Positions 1-10,745 are shown, counted from the first letter of the stretch. The stretch is 64,000 bases of DNA from Myxococcota bacterium (GCA_024278455.1 JAJRTE010000022.1:10539-74538), one strand, 5' to 3'. Numbers and translations are program-made. The notes: generated by a model from the letters alone, not told the origin.

Positions 1-105
1 TACGTTCCGAACGTTGCGCGGAAAGGGAAAGTCGAGTACGCTTTGAGCAATTCGTTCGGGTTCGGCGGCAACAACGCCGTGCTCGTCATGGGAAGGGTTT
101 CGTGA
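1..105 (+). CDS. fabF: 3' end of beta-ketoacyl-ACP synthase II (partial, upstream part outside window)
   Basis: Frame 1 translates to ...[22 protein letters not shown], the characteristic FabF/KAS-II C-terminus; stop TGA 103-105 overlaps rpiB start. Confidence 0.75.
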   Translation, partial: YVPNVARKGKVEYALSNSFGFGGNNAVLVMGRVS

Positions 106-557
106 TGAAGATCGCGCTCGGCAGCGACCACGCCGGGTTTCCGTTGAAGGCCGCCATTGCGGACCGGATAGGCGGCGACCACGAATTGGCCGACATCGGC
201 ACCTTCGGGGAGGCGTCCGTGGACTACCCGGTCTTCGCCGAGCGAGTCGCTCGAGCCGTATCGTCCGGCCGGGCCGACCGTGGCATTCTCGTCTGCGGCA
301 CCGGGATCGGCATGGCCATCGCCGCCAACAAGATCGTCGGAGTCCGCGCATCCGTCGTCCACGACGCGTACTCGGCTCGAGCCGCGGTCGAACACAACGA
401 CCTCAACGTCCTGACCCTGGGCGGTCGGGTGATCGGTGTAGAACTCGCCCTTTCCGTCGTTCGCGTATTCCTGGAAGCACGGTTCACCGGGGGCCGTCAT
501 CAACGGCGTCTCGACTTGATTGCCGCCCTCGAAGCAGCCGGCGAACCTCCACAATAA
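105..557 (+). CDS. rpiB: ribose-5-phosphate isomerase B
   Basis: [12 protein letters not shown]... RpiB/LacAB signature N-terminus; ORF track 102..557, ATG at 105 gives canonical MKIA start with GGGAAGGG SD 7 nt upstream. Confidence 0.9.
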   Translation: MKIALGSDHAGFPLKAAIADRIGGDHELADIGTFGEASVDYPVFAERVARAVSSGRADRGILVCGTGIGMAIAANKIVGVRASVVHDAYSARAAVEHNDLNVLTLGGRVIGVELALSVVRVFLEARFTGGRHQRRLDLIAALEAAGEPPQ

Positions 558-574
558 CCTCACAAGGAGATGTC

Positions 575-1825
575 ATGGCAACGTTGCGCGATGTCGATCC
601 CGAAATCGCCGCCGCGATCGAACGAGAGATAGAACGGCAGTCCAACGGGATTGAACTGATAGCTTCGGAGAACTACGTCAGCGCCGCCGTGCTCGAGGCG
701 ATGGGCTCGATGATGACCAACAAGTACGCGGAGGGGCTTCCGGGGCGTCGTTACTACGGCGGTTGCGCCCACGTGGACGAGGCCGAAATCCTGGCCATCC
801 GCAGGGCCAAGAAGCTTTTCGGGGCCGAGCATGCCAATGTGCAGCCCCATTCCGGGGCGCAGGCCAACATGGCGGTCTATTTCGATGCCCTCGAGCCGGG
901 GGACACCTACCTGGGCATGAATCTTTCCCAGGGCGGGCACCTCACCCATGGTAGCCCGGTGAACTTCTCTGGACGGCTTTACAACGTGGTGCCCTACGGC
1001 GTCCACCCGGAGACCCACCGGATCGATTTCGACCAGGTCCGGGACCTGGCGAGGAAGCACCGGCCCAAGTTGATCGTGTGCGGTGCCAGTGCCTATCCTC
1101 GAGATATCCCGTTCCAGACGTTTCGGGAGATAGCCGAGGAGGTCGGCGCCCGGCTCATGGCCGACGTGGCCCACCCTGCCGGACTCATCGCCGCGGGACT
1201 CCACTCGGACCCGGTTCCCCATTGCGACTACGTCACCACCACGACGCACAAGACCCTGCGGGGGCCTCGAGGCGGCATGATCCTGTGCAAGCAGGTGCAC
1301 AAGAAGTCGGTCAACAGCAAGGTGTTCCCGGGCACGCAAGGCGGGCCGCTCATGCATGTCATCGCGGCCAAAGCGGTGGCCTTCCACGAAGCGTTGCAAC
1401 CTGCCTTTCGCGACTATGCGCGACGGATCATCGACAACGCCAAGGCCCTGGCCGACACCCTGGCCGCCGGCGGGCTGGACCTCGTGTCCGGCGGCACCGA
1501 CAACCACCTCATCCTCGTGGACCTGACGCGGACCGGCATCACCGGGAAGGAGGCCGAGGCCGCGCTCGGCGCCGCCGATATCACTGTCAACAAGAATACC
1601 GTGCCAAACGAAACCCGTAGTCCGTTCGTCACCAGCGGCATCAGGCTCGGCACGCCAGCCTTGACCACTCGAGGCATGGGGACCGGCGAAATGCAGACCA
1701 TCGGCGGCTGGATCCTCGAGGTGCTCGCTCACCCGGACTCGGAACAGGTGGCTCGAAAAGTGCAAGGGGAAGTCCAGGAACTGTGCCGCCGGTTCCCGCT
1801 CCCCGCCGTTCGAGTCGAACACTGA
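575..1825 (+). CDS. glyA: serine hydroxymethyltransferase
   Basis: 416 aa, full-length SHMT motifs (ASENY..., [13 protein letters not shown]); AAGGAGA SD 6 nt before ATG. Confidence 0.95.
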   Translation: MATLRDVDPEIAAAIEREIERQSNGIELIASENYVSAAVLEAMGSMMTNKYAEGLPGRRYYGGCAHVDEAEILAIRRAKKLFGAEHANVQPHSGAQANMAVYFDALEPGDTYLGMNLSQGGHLTHGSPVNFSGRLYNVVPYGVHPETHRIDFDQVRDLARKHRPKLIVCGASAYPRDIPFQTFREIAEEVGARLMADVAHPAGLIAAGLHSDPVPHCDYVTTTTHKTLRGPRGGMILCKQVHKKSVNSKVFPGTQGGPLMHVIAAKAVAFHEALQPAFRDYARRIIDNAKALADTLAAGGLDLVSGGTDNHLILVDLTRTGITGKEAEAALGAADITVNKNTVPNETRSPFVTSGIRLGTPALTTRGMGTGEMQTIGGWILEVLAHPDSEQVARKVQGEVQELCRRFPLPAVRVEH

Positions 1826-1835
1826 AGGACTCTCG

Positions 1836-2303
1836 ATGAAGTGCCCATTCTGCAGCGTCCTGGATAGCAAGGTCGTGGACAGCCGTCTGTCCCGGGATGG
1901 CCGGATCGTCCGGCGGCGTCGCGAGTGCGAGGCCTGCTCCAGCCGGTTCACCACATACGAGCGCGTCGAGGAGATACTCCCGCTCGTCATCAAGAAGGAC
2001 GGCAGGCGGGAGGCCTTCGAAAGAGCAAAGGTGGTGGGAGGTATCCAGCGCGCGTGCGAGAAGCGTCCGATCAGCATCGACGCGATCGAGACCATCGCCG
2101 ACAGGCTCGAGCGGACCTTGCAAGAGCGGGGGGACAAGGAGATATCGACGTCGGTCATCGGCGAGGAGATCATGCAAGAACTCCAGGCGATGGATGATGT
2201 CGCTTATGTCCGGTTCGCTTCCGTCTACCGGCAGTTTGCAGACCTCCACCAGTTCATGCAGGAACTCAAGGCGATGTTGAAAGCCAAGGACCAGGCACGA
2301 TGA
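1836..2303 (+). CDS. nrdR: transcriptional repressor NrdR
   Basis: MKCPFC...Zn-ribbon plus ATP-cone, 155 aa; AAGGA SD. Confidence 0.93.
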   Translation: MKCPFCSVLDSKVVDSRLSRDGRIVRRRRECEACSSRFTTYERVEEILPLVIKKDGRREAFERAKVVGGIQRACEKRPISIDAIETIADRLERTLQERGDKEISTSVIGEEIMQELQAMDDVAYVRFASVYRQFADLHQFMQELKAMLKAKDQAR

Positions 2304-2372
2304 GGTGTGTGCACGGCCTGCCGGCGACTCTGGAGAGGCCTGCGACGGGCGGACCCCTATCATGAGCGACTC

Positions 2373-3500
2373 ATGAGCGACGAGCGATTCATGCGCATGG
2401 CGTTGAGGTTGGCACGCAGGGGCCGGCCCAGCCCCAATCCTCGAGTCGGGGCTGTCATCGCCCGTGACGGAGAGGTGCTGGCCACCGGCTACCACCGCGC
2501 TGCTGGCGAACCCCACGCCGAAGCGATGGCGCTCGCCAAGCTCGACTTTCGCGCCCCGGGCGCCACCCTCTACGTGACCCTCGAGCCCTGCGTCCACTAC
2601 GGACGCACCCCGCCGTGCGCTGAATCCATCGTGTCGGCCGGAATCTCGGAAGTCGTCGCAGGCATGGTCGACCCCAACCCTCGAGTGCGCGGGCGCGGCA
2701 TCGAAAGGCTGCGCGAAGCCGGAATCCGCGTGCGCGTGGGGGTACTCGAGCAGGAATGCACGGACCTGAACCGCGGATTCATCAAGGTGATGACTCTGGG
2801 CCTGCCCCATCTCACCCTGAAGGTGGCTGCCACCGCCGACGGCAAGCTCGCCACGGTGGCAGGTGCTTCGCGTTGGATAACCTCCGGCGAGGCGCGCCGG
2901 GCAGTCCACCGGCTACGCGCCGACAGCGACGCGATCATCGTGGGATCCGGTACTGTCGCAGCAGACGACCCGAGGCTCACGGCGCGACACGGGGGCCGCC
3001 CCCGCGGCCGCCAGCCCCTCCGTGTCGTACTCGACAGCACCTTGAGGTGCCCGCAGGACGCCCTCGTGTTCACGGATCGCGCGGCCCCCACCCTCGTCTT
3101 CACCACCCCGGGTGCCGACTCCCGGAAGCGGGACGAACTCGAGACCAGGGGGGTGGAAGTCGCCGAAGTGCCCGCCGATATTGCTGGCAAGGTCGCGCTC
3201 CCGGCCGTGTTACGCAACCTCGCCGGCCGCGGCGTGCTCTATGCCCTGGCGGAACCGGGGAGCACACTCGCCTGGAGCCTGGCCCGATCCGGCTTCGTGG
3301 ACAGATACTGGTTCTTCCATGCACCGAAACTCTTCGGCGGGGCCCGCGCCCCCACCATGATGGGCGGTGAAGGCGTCGCCCGCGTCGAGGAGGCCGTTCC
3401 CTTGCGCTGGTCTCGCATACGTCGCATCGGGCAGGACGTCTTGCTCGAGGCCGTTCCGATGGACCGGGAGGACGGCCCCGATCGCGACACGGGAGAGTAG
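2373..3500 (+). CDS. ribD: bifunctional riboflavin biosynthesis deaminase/reductase RibD
   Basis: CDA deaminase motif HAEAMAL...PCVHYGRTPPC followed by RibD_C reductase domain; ORF opens at 2307 but ATG 2373 (MSDERFMRMAL) fits family N-terminus. Confidence 0.85.
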   Translation: MSDERFMRMALRLARRGRPSPNPRVGAVIARDGEVLATGYHRAAGEPHAEAMALAKLDFRAPGATLYVTLEPCVHYGRTPPCAESIVSAGISEVVAGMVDPNPRVRGRGIERLREAGIRVRVGVLEQECTDLNRGFIKVMTLGLPHLTLKVAATADGKLATVAGASRWITSGEARRAVHRLRADSDAIIVGSGTVAADDPRLTARHGGRPRGRQPLRVVLDSTLRCPQDALVFTDRAAPTLVFTTPGADSRKRDELETRGVEVAEVPADIAGKVALPAVLRNLAGRGVLYALAEPGSTLAWSLARSGFVDRYWFFHAPKLFGGARAPTMMGGEGVARVEEAVPLRWSRIRRIGQDVLLEAVPMDREDGPDRDTGE

Positions 3501-4166
3501 ATGTTCACGGGTATCATCGAAGACATCGGCACCTTGAGGCGCACCGCTCCGGCCAGCGGAGGCCGGCTGACCATCCAGACCGCGCTCCCTCTCGAGCACG
3601 TCAAGCTGGGAGACAGTATCGCCGTCTGTGGCGCCTGCCTGACCGTGGTCGCCATCGACCCGCCTACTTTCGACGCCGAAATCTCTCGAGAGACGGCTAC
3701 TCGCACCACGCTCGGCGCATTGCCGCCTGGAGCCCGTGTGCACCTCGAGAGGGCACTGCGATTCGCAGACCGGCTCGACGGCCACCTCGTGCTCGGACAC
3801 GTGGACGGTGTGGGCACGATTCGAGAGCGCAGGGTGGGCGAGGACTCCACGCACATGGAGATCGCAGCGCCCCCGGCGGTCAGCCGCTACCTTGTCGAGA
3901 AGGGATCCGTCGCCGTGCACGGGGTGAGTCTGACGGTGAACACACTGCGTTCCGACAGGTTCAGCGTGACAGTGGTGCCGTTCACAGCCGGCAGGACATT
4001 TCTGAATACACTGCCTGTCGGTGCTCGAGTCAACCTCGAGGCCGACATCGTGGGCAAGTATGTGGAGAGGCTGCTCCAGGGGCTTGGCACGCGCCGTGCC
4101 GGTGGTGGGCTGACCCTGGAGACCCTGGCCCGGAGCGGGTTCCTCGACGGCACGCGAGACGGGTGA
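3501..4166 (+). CDS. ribE: riboflavin synthase alpha subunit
   Basis: [10 protein letters not shown]...two lumazine-binding repeats; starts immediately after ribD TAG. Confidence 0.92.
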   Translation: MFTGIIEDIGTLRRTAPASGGRLTIQTALPLEHVKLGDSIAVCGACLTVVAIDPPTFDAEISRETATRTTLGALPPGARVHLERALRFADRLDGHLVLGHVDGVGTIRERRVGEDSTHMEIAAPPAVSRYLVEKGSVAVHGVSLTVNTLRSDRFSVTVVPFTAGRTFLNTLPVGARVNLEADIVGKYVERLLQGLGTRRAGGGLTLETLARSGFLDGTRDG

Positions 4167-4168
4167 GA

Positions 4169-4208
4169 GCCGGCTCGAGGCGATGGTGCCGCGCGTGTCG
4201 AGCCGGGC
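4169..4208 (+). repeat. 10-bp near-perfect inverted repeat (GCCGGCTCGA ... TCGAGCCGG) in the ribE-ribBA intergenic region
   Basis: Stem arms at about 4169-4178 and 4198-4207 separated by 19 nt; no downstream T-run. Confidence 0.5.
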
Positions 4209-4300
4209 ATCGGGAGATCGTGATGGAGGCAGCGAAGAGCGTTCCATCCCCTGCCGGCAGCATGCCGAGCACGGGGGGAAGTGACAAGAGGAGTGGGAGC

Positions 4301-5494
4301 ATGACCGATTTCGAGCCGATGGCGGAACGCTCGGAGAAGCGGGTTCTGGAGGCCATCGAAGACATGAAGGCCGGCCGTTTCGTCATTCTGACCGACGACG
4401 AAGACCGGGAGAACGAAGGTGACCTGGTCCTGGCGGCGGAAAAGGTGACACCGGAGGCCATCAACTTCATGGCTCGGTACGGGCGCGGGCTCATCTGCCT
4501 CGCCCTGACCGAACACCGGGCCGAGGAGTTGCACCTGACGCCCATGGTGTCTCAGAACACCTCCCGGTTCGAAACGGCGTTCACGGTGTCGATCGAGGCC
4601 AAGAGCGGGGTGACGACCGGGATCTCTGCGGCGGACCGGGCGCACACGGTGCGCGTGGCCATCGACCCTAACACGCGCCCCGAACACCTTGCCCGCCCCG
4701 GACACATCTTTCCGCTGCGTGCTCGAGACGGCGGCGTGCTCGTGCGTACGGGGCAGACAGAGGGTTCCGTGGACCTCGCGAGGCTGGCCGGATTGACACC
4801 GGCCGCCGTGATCTGCGAAATCATGAATGACGACGGAACCATGGCGCGCCTGCCCGACCTCCTGGCATTCGGGCGCAGGCACAAGATTCGCATCTGCACC
4901 GTCGCCGACCTGATCCGCTTCCGACTGCGCAACGAGAGCCTGGTGCACCGCGTGGGCGAAGCTCGGGTCGAGACCGGGCGCGGGCCATGTACGGCGATCC
5001 TGTTCGGGTCCGACGTCAGTCCGGCATACCATCTGGCGATACAGATCGGTGAACCGTCCCCGGATCAGCCGGTTACGGTCCGGGTACACCGTGCATCCGT
5101 GCTCGAGGATGTGTTCGGGTGTTTCCAAGGGGCCAACACGGTATCGTTGAGTCGCGTGCTGGACATGATGTGGGATCAGGATGGCCCGGGTGTCGTGCTA
5201 TACTTGTATGCGGCGGGGCAGGACCCACGAGAACTGCGCAACCATTTCGAGGTGTTCCGGTACCAGGTCGAGCGTGGTTGCCCATTTTCGGAGGCTCGAG
5301 CTTCGGTCGGGTGGCGGCATGATCCGAAGGACTTCGGTATCGGCGCGCAGATACTGGCGAACCTGGGTCTGCACAGGATCAAGCTGGTGACCAACGCACC
5401 TTATCGGCTGCGCGGGATCGAGGGGCACGGGCTGGTAGTGGACGATTTCGTGACCATGGCGCCAACGACAGAACAAGAGGAAACAGAAGGATGA
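4301..5494 (+). CDS. ribBA: bifunctional 3,4-dihydroxy-2-butanone-4-phosphate synthase / GTP cyclohydrolase II
   Basis: [14 protein letters not shown] synthase motif and C-terminal GTP cyclohydrolase II domain; ATG 4301 preceded by AGGAG; ORF track opens at 4163 (alternative start 4223). Confidence 0.85.
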   Translation: MTDFEPMAERSEKRVLEAIEDMKAGRFVILTDDEDRENEGDLVLAAEKVTPEAINFMARYGRGLICLALTEHRAEELHLTPMVSQNTSRFETAFTVSIEAKSGVTTGISAADRAHTVRVAIDPNTRPEHLARPGHIFPLRARDGGVLVRTGQTEGSVDLARLAGLTPAAVICEIMNDDGTMARLPDLLAFGRRHKIRICTVADLIRFRLRNESLVHRVGEARVETGRGPCTAILFGSDVSPAYHLAIQIGEPSPDQPVTVRVHRASVLEDVFGCFQGANTVSLSRVLDMMWDQDGPGVVLYLYAAGQDPRELRNHFEVFRYQVERGCPFSEARASVGWRHDPKDFGIGAQILANLGLHRIKLVTNAPYRLRGIEGHGLVVDDFVTMAPTTEQEETEG

Positions 5495-5982
5495 GTGAAC
5501 ACCTTGAAAAAGTCCGCGTCATCGAGGGGCGCCTCTCTGCAGAGGGTGCCCGGTTCGGTGTCATCGTTTCCCGTTTCAACACCTTCATCACCGAACGGCT
5601 GCTCGAGGGTGCCCTGGATGCGCTGCTGCGCATGGGGGCGACCCCTGGGAGTATCACGGTCGTTCGCACGCCCGGGTCGTGGGAGATCCCGCTGACCGCC
5701 AAGAAGCTTGCCGAATCGGGGGCCTTCGATGCCGTCATCTGTCTCGGCGCGGTGATTCGTGGGGGCACGCCCCATTTCGACTACGTGGCCAACGAGGTAT
5801 CCAAGGGCATCGCGAGCGTCAGCCTATCTTCGGGCATTCCCATCGTGTTCGGCGTGCTGACCACGGATTCGATCGAGCAGGCTGTCGAGCGGGCAGGGAC
5901 CAAGATGGGGAACAAGGGGTTCGAGGCCGCGGAGGCTGCCATCGAGATGGTCAACCTCTACCGCTCTTTGGACAACGTTTGA
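5491..5982 (+). CDS. ribH: 6,7-dimethyl-8-ribityllumazine synthase
   Basis: 163 aa, VIVSRFN...lumazine synthase signature; ATGA start/stop overlap with ribBA. Confidence 0.93.
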   Translation: MSEHLEKVRVIEGRLSAEGARFGVIVSRFNTFITERLLEGALDALLRMGATPGSITVVRTPGSWEIPLTAKKLAESGAFDAVICLGAVIRGGTPHFDYVANEVSKGIASVSLSSGIPIVFGVLTTDSIEQAVERAGTKMGNKGFEAAEAAIEMVNLYRSLDNV

Positions 5983-5999
5983 TTGTTGGGTGGTGTCGG

Positions 6000-6422
6000 A
6001 TGGGCAGTCGAAGGAAGGCACGGGAATACGCCGTCCAGTTGCTCTATCTCCTGGATTTCCGCTCCGGCGAGGATCTCGAGGAACTCGTCGAGAGCTTCTG
6101 GCAGGGCGAGTCGTTCCACGCCGAGGACAGGGCGTTCGCCGAGACCCTGGCACGCGGCACGCGCGAGCACCTGGAGGAGATCGACCGCATCATCGACACC
6201 CACGCCAACAACTGGAAACTCGCGCGGATGCCGATAGTGGACCGCAACATCATGCGGATGGGCGTGTTCGAACTGTGCCATGCGCCAGACTGTCCGGTGT
6301 CGGTGGTCATCAACGAAGCCATCGAGTTGGGCAAGCGGTTTTCCGGAAGCGAGGCAGCGCCGTTCATCAATGGCGTCCTGGACCGGGTCAGGCGCACCTG
6401 CAGGGGGGAGGACCGCCGATGA
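6000..6422 (+). CDS. nusB: transcription antitermination factor NusB
   Basis: MGSRRKAREYAVQLLYLLDF... NusB family, 140 aa; ATG at 6000 inside longer ORF-track frame 5679..6422. Confidence 0.9.
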   Translation: MGSRRKAREYAVQLLYLLDFRSGEDLEELVESFWQGESFHAEDRAFAETLARGTREHLEEIDRIIDTHANNWKLARMPIVDRNIMRMGVFELCHAPDCPVSVVINEAIELGKRFSGSEAAPFINGVLDRVRRTCRGEDRR

Positions 6423-6988
6423 CCGACGACATGATCACCGTCTCGTTTTGCCACGACGGGGTGCTCGACCGTATCCGGGACGTGGAAGCGATCGTGCTGG
6501 GCCTGTTCGAAGACGAGCGGCCGCTCAAGGGCATGACCGGCTTCGTGGACTGGCGCCTCCACGGCCTCCTGTCCCGCCTCGTCCTGCAGCAACGCCTGGA
6601 GGGCACCCTTCTCGAGGGGTGTCTGATGCCGTCTCGAGGCCGGCTGCCGATGGACATGGTGTTCCTGTTCGGGCTCGGGTCGCTGGAAGAACTATCTGTC
6701 CAGACATTCCAGCGCGTCGCATTCCAGGTCGTCGGGACCATGGCACGAGCACGTGTGGGCCACTTCGCCCTCTCCCTCTGGGACCTGACTCGAGGTCGCG
6801 TGGCCCCCGAGGAGGCGGCGAGAATCGTGCTGCGAGCATTCCTGTCCGACAGGAGACACCGGCCTCGAGGGGGACGCACGGCCGTCACTTTCGTCGAAAC
6901 CGGCCCCTGGGGTCACGCACTTCGAGACGCTTTTCTCAAGCTGGCCGAACGCAAGGACGAATTGCCGGTGCGGCTCGAGTTGCATTGA
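6419..6988 (+). CDS. hypothetical protein, leucyl-aminopeptidase (M17) N-terminal-domain-like, translationally coupled to nusB
   Basis: ATG 6419 overlaps nusB TGA (ATGA); 190 aa MTDDMITVSFCHDGVLDRIRDVEAIVLGLFEDE...pattern resembles Peptidase_M17_N/macro-like fold; ORF track frame 5990..6988 is longer but upstream part overlaps nusB. Confidence 0.5.
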   Translation: MTDDMITVSFCHDGVLDRIRDVEAIVLGLFEDERPLKGMTGFVDWRLHGLLSRLVLQQRLEGTLLEGCLMPSRGRLPMDMVFLFGLGSLEELSVQTFQRVAFQVVGTMARARVGHFALSLWDLTRGRVAPEEAARIVLRAFLSDRRHRPRGGRTAVTFVETGPWGHALRDAFLKLAERKDELPVRLELH

Positions 6989-7038
6989 GGAGAACCATGG
7001 CGAGCACGCTTGCCTTTTCCGGGTGAAACTGATATTCA

Positions 7039-7674
7039 ATGATTGACCATCGGGTTGCTCGACGCCGCAGAATCGCCATCGTCGCCCTTGCGTTGGTGGC
7101 AGCGAGCACGCTGATGCTCACCACCGACCTCTTCTGGTTGGTCGTGCGTCCTCTCGTGGTCACGAGCACGCTCGAGAAGTCCGATGCACTGGTTGTGTTC
7201 GGCGGAGGGCTCCGCCATGACGGCCGGCTTGGTTCCAGTACGGAGGAACGGGTCCGATACGCCGCAGCCTTGTACCACCAGGGGTATGCAGAGCATGTCC
7301 TGTTGATGGGAGGATACCGGGTTCCCCCGCGATTCGAGGAATCCGAGGTCATGGCAGATGCACTGGTCCGGCTCGGCGTACCCCGGGACCGAATCCACCT
7401 GGACCGCAGCTCGCGCAACACGTACGAGAACGCCAGGCGGACCTTCGCACTTTGCTCGGAACTCGGCTTCCATCGAGTCATTCTGGTGACATCGCCCTAT
7501 CACATGAGAAGAGCGTGGATGTGCCTCAGACGTTATCCGCTTACCGTGCTCGCGGCACCCGTGGAACAGAGCGAGGCATACCGGCCAGGTCTGAGCGCCA
7601 GGCTCAGAGCCATCGACCTGGTACTGCACGAATATGGCGGTCTGCTCAGCTACTGGTGGCGCGGCTGGATCTGA
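7039..7674 (+). CDS. DUF218 / YdcF(ElyC-SanA)-family membrane-anchored protein
   Basis: N-terminal TM helix, then LVVFGGG...NTYENARRT...ILVTSPYHMRRA DUF218 signature. Confidence 0.8.
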   Translation: MIDHRVARRRRIAIVALALVAASTLMLTTDLFWLVVRPLVVTSTLEKSDALVVFGGGLRHDGRLGSSTEERVRYAAALYHQGYAEHVLLMGGYRVPPRFEESEVMADALVRLGVPRDRIHLDRSSRNTYENARRTFALCSELGFHRVILVTSPYHMRRAWMCLRRYPLTVLAAPVEQSEAYRPGLSARLRAIDLVLHEYGGLLSYWWRGWI

Positions 7675-7734
7675 CCGCCGGTCGATGATCGGCAGTCTCG
7701 AGGACGCCGCCGTGATTCGTTCAAGGAGGTGGGT

Positions 7735-8538
7735 GTGTACAGATATGCGAACCTGGGATGCTTGGTTGTCGGCGCGGGGCTCCTGCTGGTCTCCATCGGC
7801 GTGCATGCCTACGCCGGGGAGGCGGACCCTCTGAAACCGGACTTCTCCCTGAACCACAGGGGCCGGGACGAGTTCGGAAACACCAACTACCGGTACGACT
7901 TCTCCGAACGGCACCTCACCTTCGGCATGGACCTGGGCGCCGCCCTGCCCCAGGGCAACACGTTGAACGCCTTCCCGCTCGGCGGGCTGGTAACCCCCTA
8001 CTTCCGTGGCGCATTCGGTGACGGCAACGCCGTGGAATTCGCCCTCACCTTCGGGGCGCTCCTGCCAAGCGGCACCGAGGCGGACTGGCTCTTCTTCCGG
8101 ACCCCGATCGAAGAAGGCGGCACCGTCTCCGGCCACCTCGGTTTCCTTGCCCCGGTGGTGACCTTCCGGTACGAGATCGGGCTGACCGCATCCATCAGCC
8201 ATCGTGCCAGGGTGTTGACCTGGGGGGGGATCGGATTCGGCCCGGCCTTTACGAGCGGCGAGGTCACCATGACCGGCAACGGCACGCAGCCCGACAAGAC
8301 CGTGACCAACTACGAAGTGTTCTTCGACGTGGTACCCACCTGGGGATTCAAGCTCAGGCTGACCGAATTCGCTTTCCTGCAGCTTGGCGCGCGGTTCCAC
8401 CTCCTGTGGGTGATAGGCGCCAAGGTCACCGGCGAGGACCAGATGACCTACGGCTCACCGGAGGTCATCCAGGAGTTCTGGATTGGAAACTCGAAGATAA
8501 TCGACGCCTTTCTCGGTTTCGGATACGACTTCGGGTAA
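7735..8538 (+). CDS. secreted Gly/Thr/Phe-rich protein, putative outer-membrane beta-barrel
   Basis: Signal-peptide-like N-terminus, amphipathic alternating pattern, C-terminal GYDFG; AGGAGG SD 6 nt before GTG 7735 (ORF track opens 7729). Confidence 0.5.
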   Translation: MYRYANLGCLVVGAGLLLVSIGVHAYAGEADPLKPDFSLNHRGRDEFGNTNYRYDFSERHLTFGMDLGAALPQGNTLNAFPLGGLVTPYFRGAFGDGNAVEFALTFGALLPSGTEADWLFFRTPIEEGGTVSGHLGFLAPVVTFRYEIGLTASISHRARVLTWGGIGFGPAFTSGEVTMTGNGTQPDKTVTNYEVFFDVVPTWGFKLRLTEFAFLQLGARFHLLWVIGAKVTGEDQMTYGSPEVIQEFWIGNSKIIDAFLGFGYDFG

Positions 8539-8596
8539 CCCCCAAGGCCTCGAGGAGGAAGCGCGACCGGCCACGGATCCTCCCGTGCCGCCAGGC

Positions 8597-10627
8597 CTAT
8601 CCTCCAGCCCGTCTCTCGTCCGCCCGCCGCATGCCTTCCATCAGCAGGAAGTCATTGGTCTCGTAGATATCCCGCTCGGCCGTCGTTCGCCCCGCGATGA
8701 CCGCGAACGTACCAGACTCCCACGTGCAGAGTTCGTAGAACGCCTCCTTGCCCGCCAGGTCGCCCAGCCGGGCGGAAACGAGCGAACCCTGTTGGATGTG
8801 GAGAACGCACCGCTCCCCGTCCCGCTGGAGGTCGATCCGCGCCGTCTTCATGCCGAGCTGCAGGACCTGTAACAGGTCGAAGATGCCCAGTTCGGACAGC
8901 GACCCCTGCACGGCCGTGGGGGCCGCCGCCCGATTCGACACTCGCCGCATCCGCTCGATCCGCTTCACCTTGGACACCAGGACGTCGAGGTTGATGGGCT
9001 TGGTGAGGAAGTCGTCCGCGCCCAGTTCGAGCCCCTTGGTCACGTTGGCACCGTCGCTTCTCGAAGACAGGAAGAAGAAAGGGATGTCCTGGGCAGCCTC
9101 CCGACCCTTGAGTCTCGAACAAAGCTCGAAACCATCGACGCGCGGTAGCGTGATCTCGGAGATGACGAGGTTCGGAGGGGCCCGCCGGATTTCCGCCAGG
9201 GCCTCTTCGCCGGTGTGCGCTCTCCGTACCCCGAACCCCTCCTTGCGCAGGCGGAGTTCCAACACCTCGAGCGCCATGGGATCCTTGTCCACGAGAAGCA
9301 CATGGAAGCCGGACACCGGCCTGTCCTCGAGCTGGTCTAGCTTCTGCTCCTTTTCAACTAGTACCTTGAGCGCATCGAGGACCTCCGTATGGTACTTCTC
9401 CCCGCGTCCCTCCAGGAGACGGGCCAGCGCTTTCCGGGGACCGAGTTTCGGGCGCGAGGCCGTCCCGTCACGAAGGTGCAGATAGTCGGAGGCCGCGCGA
9501 AGAATGGCAACCGGGAGAGGCTCCTCGGCCGGATCTCGGGCCGGCTGCCCGAGCGCCTCGAGAATCCCTGTCACGGGCAGCGGCGGCTCGAAGGTCCCCC
9601 AGAGTTCCGCCACCAATTCCGGCCCTACCTTGTCGGATACCCGTTGCGCTGGCCGGCCGCGCTCGCCCAGGTAGTCGCCGAACTGGTAGAGATACCCGGC
9701 AAGCAACAGCGCATCGCGCTCCTCTGGCGAGAGTCCGAGCCGGCCCGCAACCAGACGGCACAACCCGGACACCTGCCGCGCATGCCGGTGAGATGGCGCC
9801 AACGGCTCCCCGCCAAGCAGGGACAGAAAGAAGTCCAGTGTCTTCAGGTAGAAGTTGAACATGCCTCGCGAAGTCCCGTTCTCCTCGAGAAGTTCCCTGG
9901 CTCGAGGCAGCATGCGCAACCGGTGCCTATCCCGCCGCGACAAGGTTGCCACGGCCGACTTGAACGTCCGTTCCTCGCACGTGGCGATCAGCGCGAGTGG
10001 GTTCTTCTCCGCGGCTTCCGCCAGTCCTTCCTCGTCCTGAACCCGCCTCACCTGGTACCCCTCCGCATCCAGCCACACACCCACCGCCCGGGCCTTCCGA
10101 TCGTCGGGCTCGTGGAGAATCAGCAGGGGGGAATGGGATACCTCCACCGGCGCGGCGAGCACTTCGTGTGCCGGAGACGCTTCCCCGTAGTGCAGCGGTA
10201 TCAACTCGTCAAGAAGAGACTCTTCGGCCAGCAACAGCCGGACTCGGTTCAGCCCGTTCTGCCTCTTGACGGCCTCCAGCGTCTCGGTATCGTTCGGTTC
10301 GCTCGTCACGACCGTCAGGCTCTTCTCCTGCTCCGAATAGAAAATCGGCAGAATCCGGCGGGCTCGCGCCACATCCCCAGGGACCATGGCCAGTGCCGCG
10401 CGCGACGGCCTGACGAGGCGAAGTCGTGCCGCCGGGGCTATCGCAACAAGAAGCTGCTCCGACAGCACATCCAGCAGGTCCCCGGTGTTGATGGCCCCCT
10501 GGTCCACGAGAATATGTCCCAGCTTTCCGTGAGAGTCTCGCTGTGCAGCCAGGGCCGTCTCGAGCTGTTCCGCGGTAAGGCGTCCCGCCTCGATCAGAAG
10601 TTGCCCCAGCAGTTTTCTCGCCTCCAT
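8597..10627 (-). CDS. multidomain signalling protein: tandem T2SSE_N/MshEN-like (c-di-GMP-binding type) motifs, degenerate HD/HDOD-like domain, REC receiver, C-terminal DUF4388
   Basis: 676 aa; N-terminus LGQLLIEAGRLTAEQLETALAAQRDSHGKLGHILVDQG matches MshEN 24-residue motif, second GspE_N-like copy at about aa 95-150; receiver with D and K positions (LLVDKD...LVISEITLPRVDG...LTKP); C-terminal LSELGIFDLLQVLQLG...GSLVSA...GKEAFYEL matches DUF4388. Confidence 0.8.
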   Translation of the reverse strand: MEARKLLGQLLIEAGRLTAEQLETALAAQRDSHGKLGHILVDQGAINTGDLLDVLSEQLLVAIAPAARLRLVRPSRAALAMVPGDVARARRILPIFYSEQEKSLTVVTSEPNDTETLEAVKRQNGLNRVRLLLAEESLLDELIPLHYGEASPAHEVLAAPVEVSHSPLLILHEPDDRKARAVGVWLDAEGYQVRRVQDEEGLAEAAEKNPLALIATCEERTFKSAVATLSRRDRHRLRMLPRARELLEENGTSRGMFNFYLKTLDFFLSLLGGEPLAPSHRHARQVSGLCRLVAGRLGLSPEERDALLLAGYLYQFGDYLGERGRPAQRVSDKVGPELVAELWGTFEPPLPVTGILEALGQPARDPAEEPLPVAILRAASDYLHLRDGTASRPKLGPRKALARLLEGRGEKYHTEVLDALKVLVEKEQKLDQLEDRPVSGFHVLLVDKDPMALEVLELRLRKEGFGVRRAHTGEEALAEIRRAPPNLVISEITLPRVDGFELCSRLKGREAAQDIPFFFLSSRSDGANVTKGLELGADDFLTKPINLDVLVSKVKRIERMRRVSNRAAAPTAVQGSLSELGIFDLLQVLQLGMKTARIDLQRDGERCVLHIQQGSLVSARLGDLAGKEAFYELCTWESGTFAVIAGRTTAERDIYETNDFLLMEGMRRADERRAGG

Positions 10628-10717
10628 TGAATCCCCTCTCCCAGCACGTGCCCGGCCCGCACCGTCCCACCTGGTCCATGCGCCCGGGTCACATCGCTCG
10701 AGGGTAGCCGAAAAAGA

Positions 10718-10745
10718 TTGAAAAATCCACCGCGTGACCTACAAT
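10718..10745 (+). promoter_or_regulatory. sigma70-like promoter TTGAAA-16-TACAAT for the HEAT/HD-GYP operon
   Basis: TTGAAA 10718-10723, 16-nt spacer, TACAAT 10740-10745 in the divergent intergenic region; places GTG 10734 inside the promoter and favours ATG 10791 as start. Confidence 0.45.

Noticed and set aside
2304-2372. Expected FMN riboswitch upstream of ribD
   Set aside because: Only 70 nt separate nrdR and ribD. There is no room for the aptamer and its conserved motifs.
5990-6988. 332-aa ORF-track frame spanning nusB and the downstream ORF
   Set aside because: The upstream two thirds overlap nusB out of frame with a junk-like translation. Only the part from ATG 6419, coupled to the nusB stop, looks protein-like.
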